DNA from: Octopus bimaculoides
Taxonomy: Eukaryota
Length of the DNA stretch: 32,602 nucleotides
Assembly (NCBI RefSeq): GCF_001194135.2
Contig: NC_068984.1
Coordinates: 137,205,433-137,238,034, forward strand
Direction of reading: 5' to 3'
The notes below the pieces were generated by a model. That model did no database searches. It was not told where the DNA came from and was given only the letters and a program-made list of their open reading frames with translations. A program made the position numbers and the translations under genes. Below, in pieces: positions 32,463 through 32,602 of the stretch (positions are counted from its first letter, which is position 1; every line of letters starts with the position of its first letter).

Positions 32463-32602
32463 CTGGGGCCCTAGGATATGTAACTCACTGCCTAAATACC
32501 AATCTTGAGAAATTAGGCTTCTCAAAACCAGAAGCTAATTCGAAGACTACAGATCCAATCCATCACCGGAACTGTAAAAATCTGTAAAACTTTCCAGAAG
32601 TT

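Noticed and set aside
32218-32525. MYVC/HTYI repeat ORFs
   Set aside because: Translations of the (TACA)n microsatellite.

Overview
AT-rich, repeat-dense animal genomic DNA, most likely Octopus (judged from its characteristic SINE families). Two convergent genes can be built with canonical GT-AG splicing and consistent phases. (1) + strand: the last 16 coding exons (254-16271; 1800 nt = 599 aa + stop) of kinetochore-associated protein 1 (KNTC1/ROD, RZZ complex); its 5' part lies upstream of the window. (2) - strand: a two-coding-exon FAM167-family gene (26625-25438 and 20657-20403; 480 aa) with a long linker. The remainder is mostly introns and intergenic DNA filled with modular tRNA-derived SINEs, RTE-LINE remnants, a full-length degenerate Hsmar1-like mariner with TA TSD, hAT/Tigger/piggyBac-type MITEs, microsatellites and a 646-nt assembly gap. 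Nearly all other ORFs in the track come from repeats or microsatellites. I found no convincing wholly new biological system. The most notable observations are: a 36-bp-stem pre-miRNA-sized foldback hairpin made from a SINE; a 66-bp hairpin minisatellite carried in variable copy number by SINEs; inverted SINE pairs around an in-frame 306-nt exon pair; a possible frameshift at the KNTC1 stop; and a start-stop uORF plus (AAT)n directly before the FAM167 ATG. Homology calls rest on remembered human sequences, not database searches. Repeat boundaries were read by eye.
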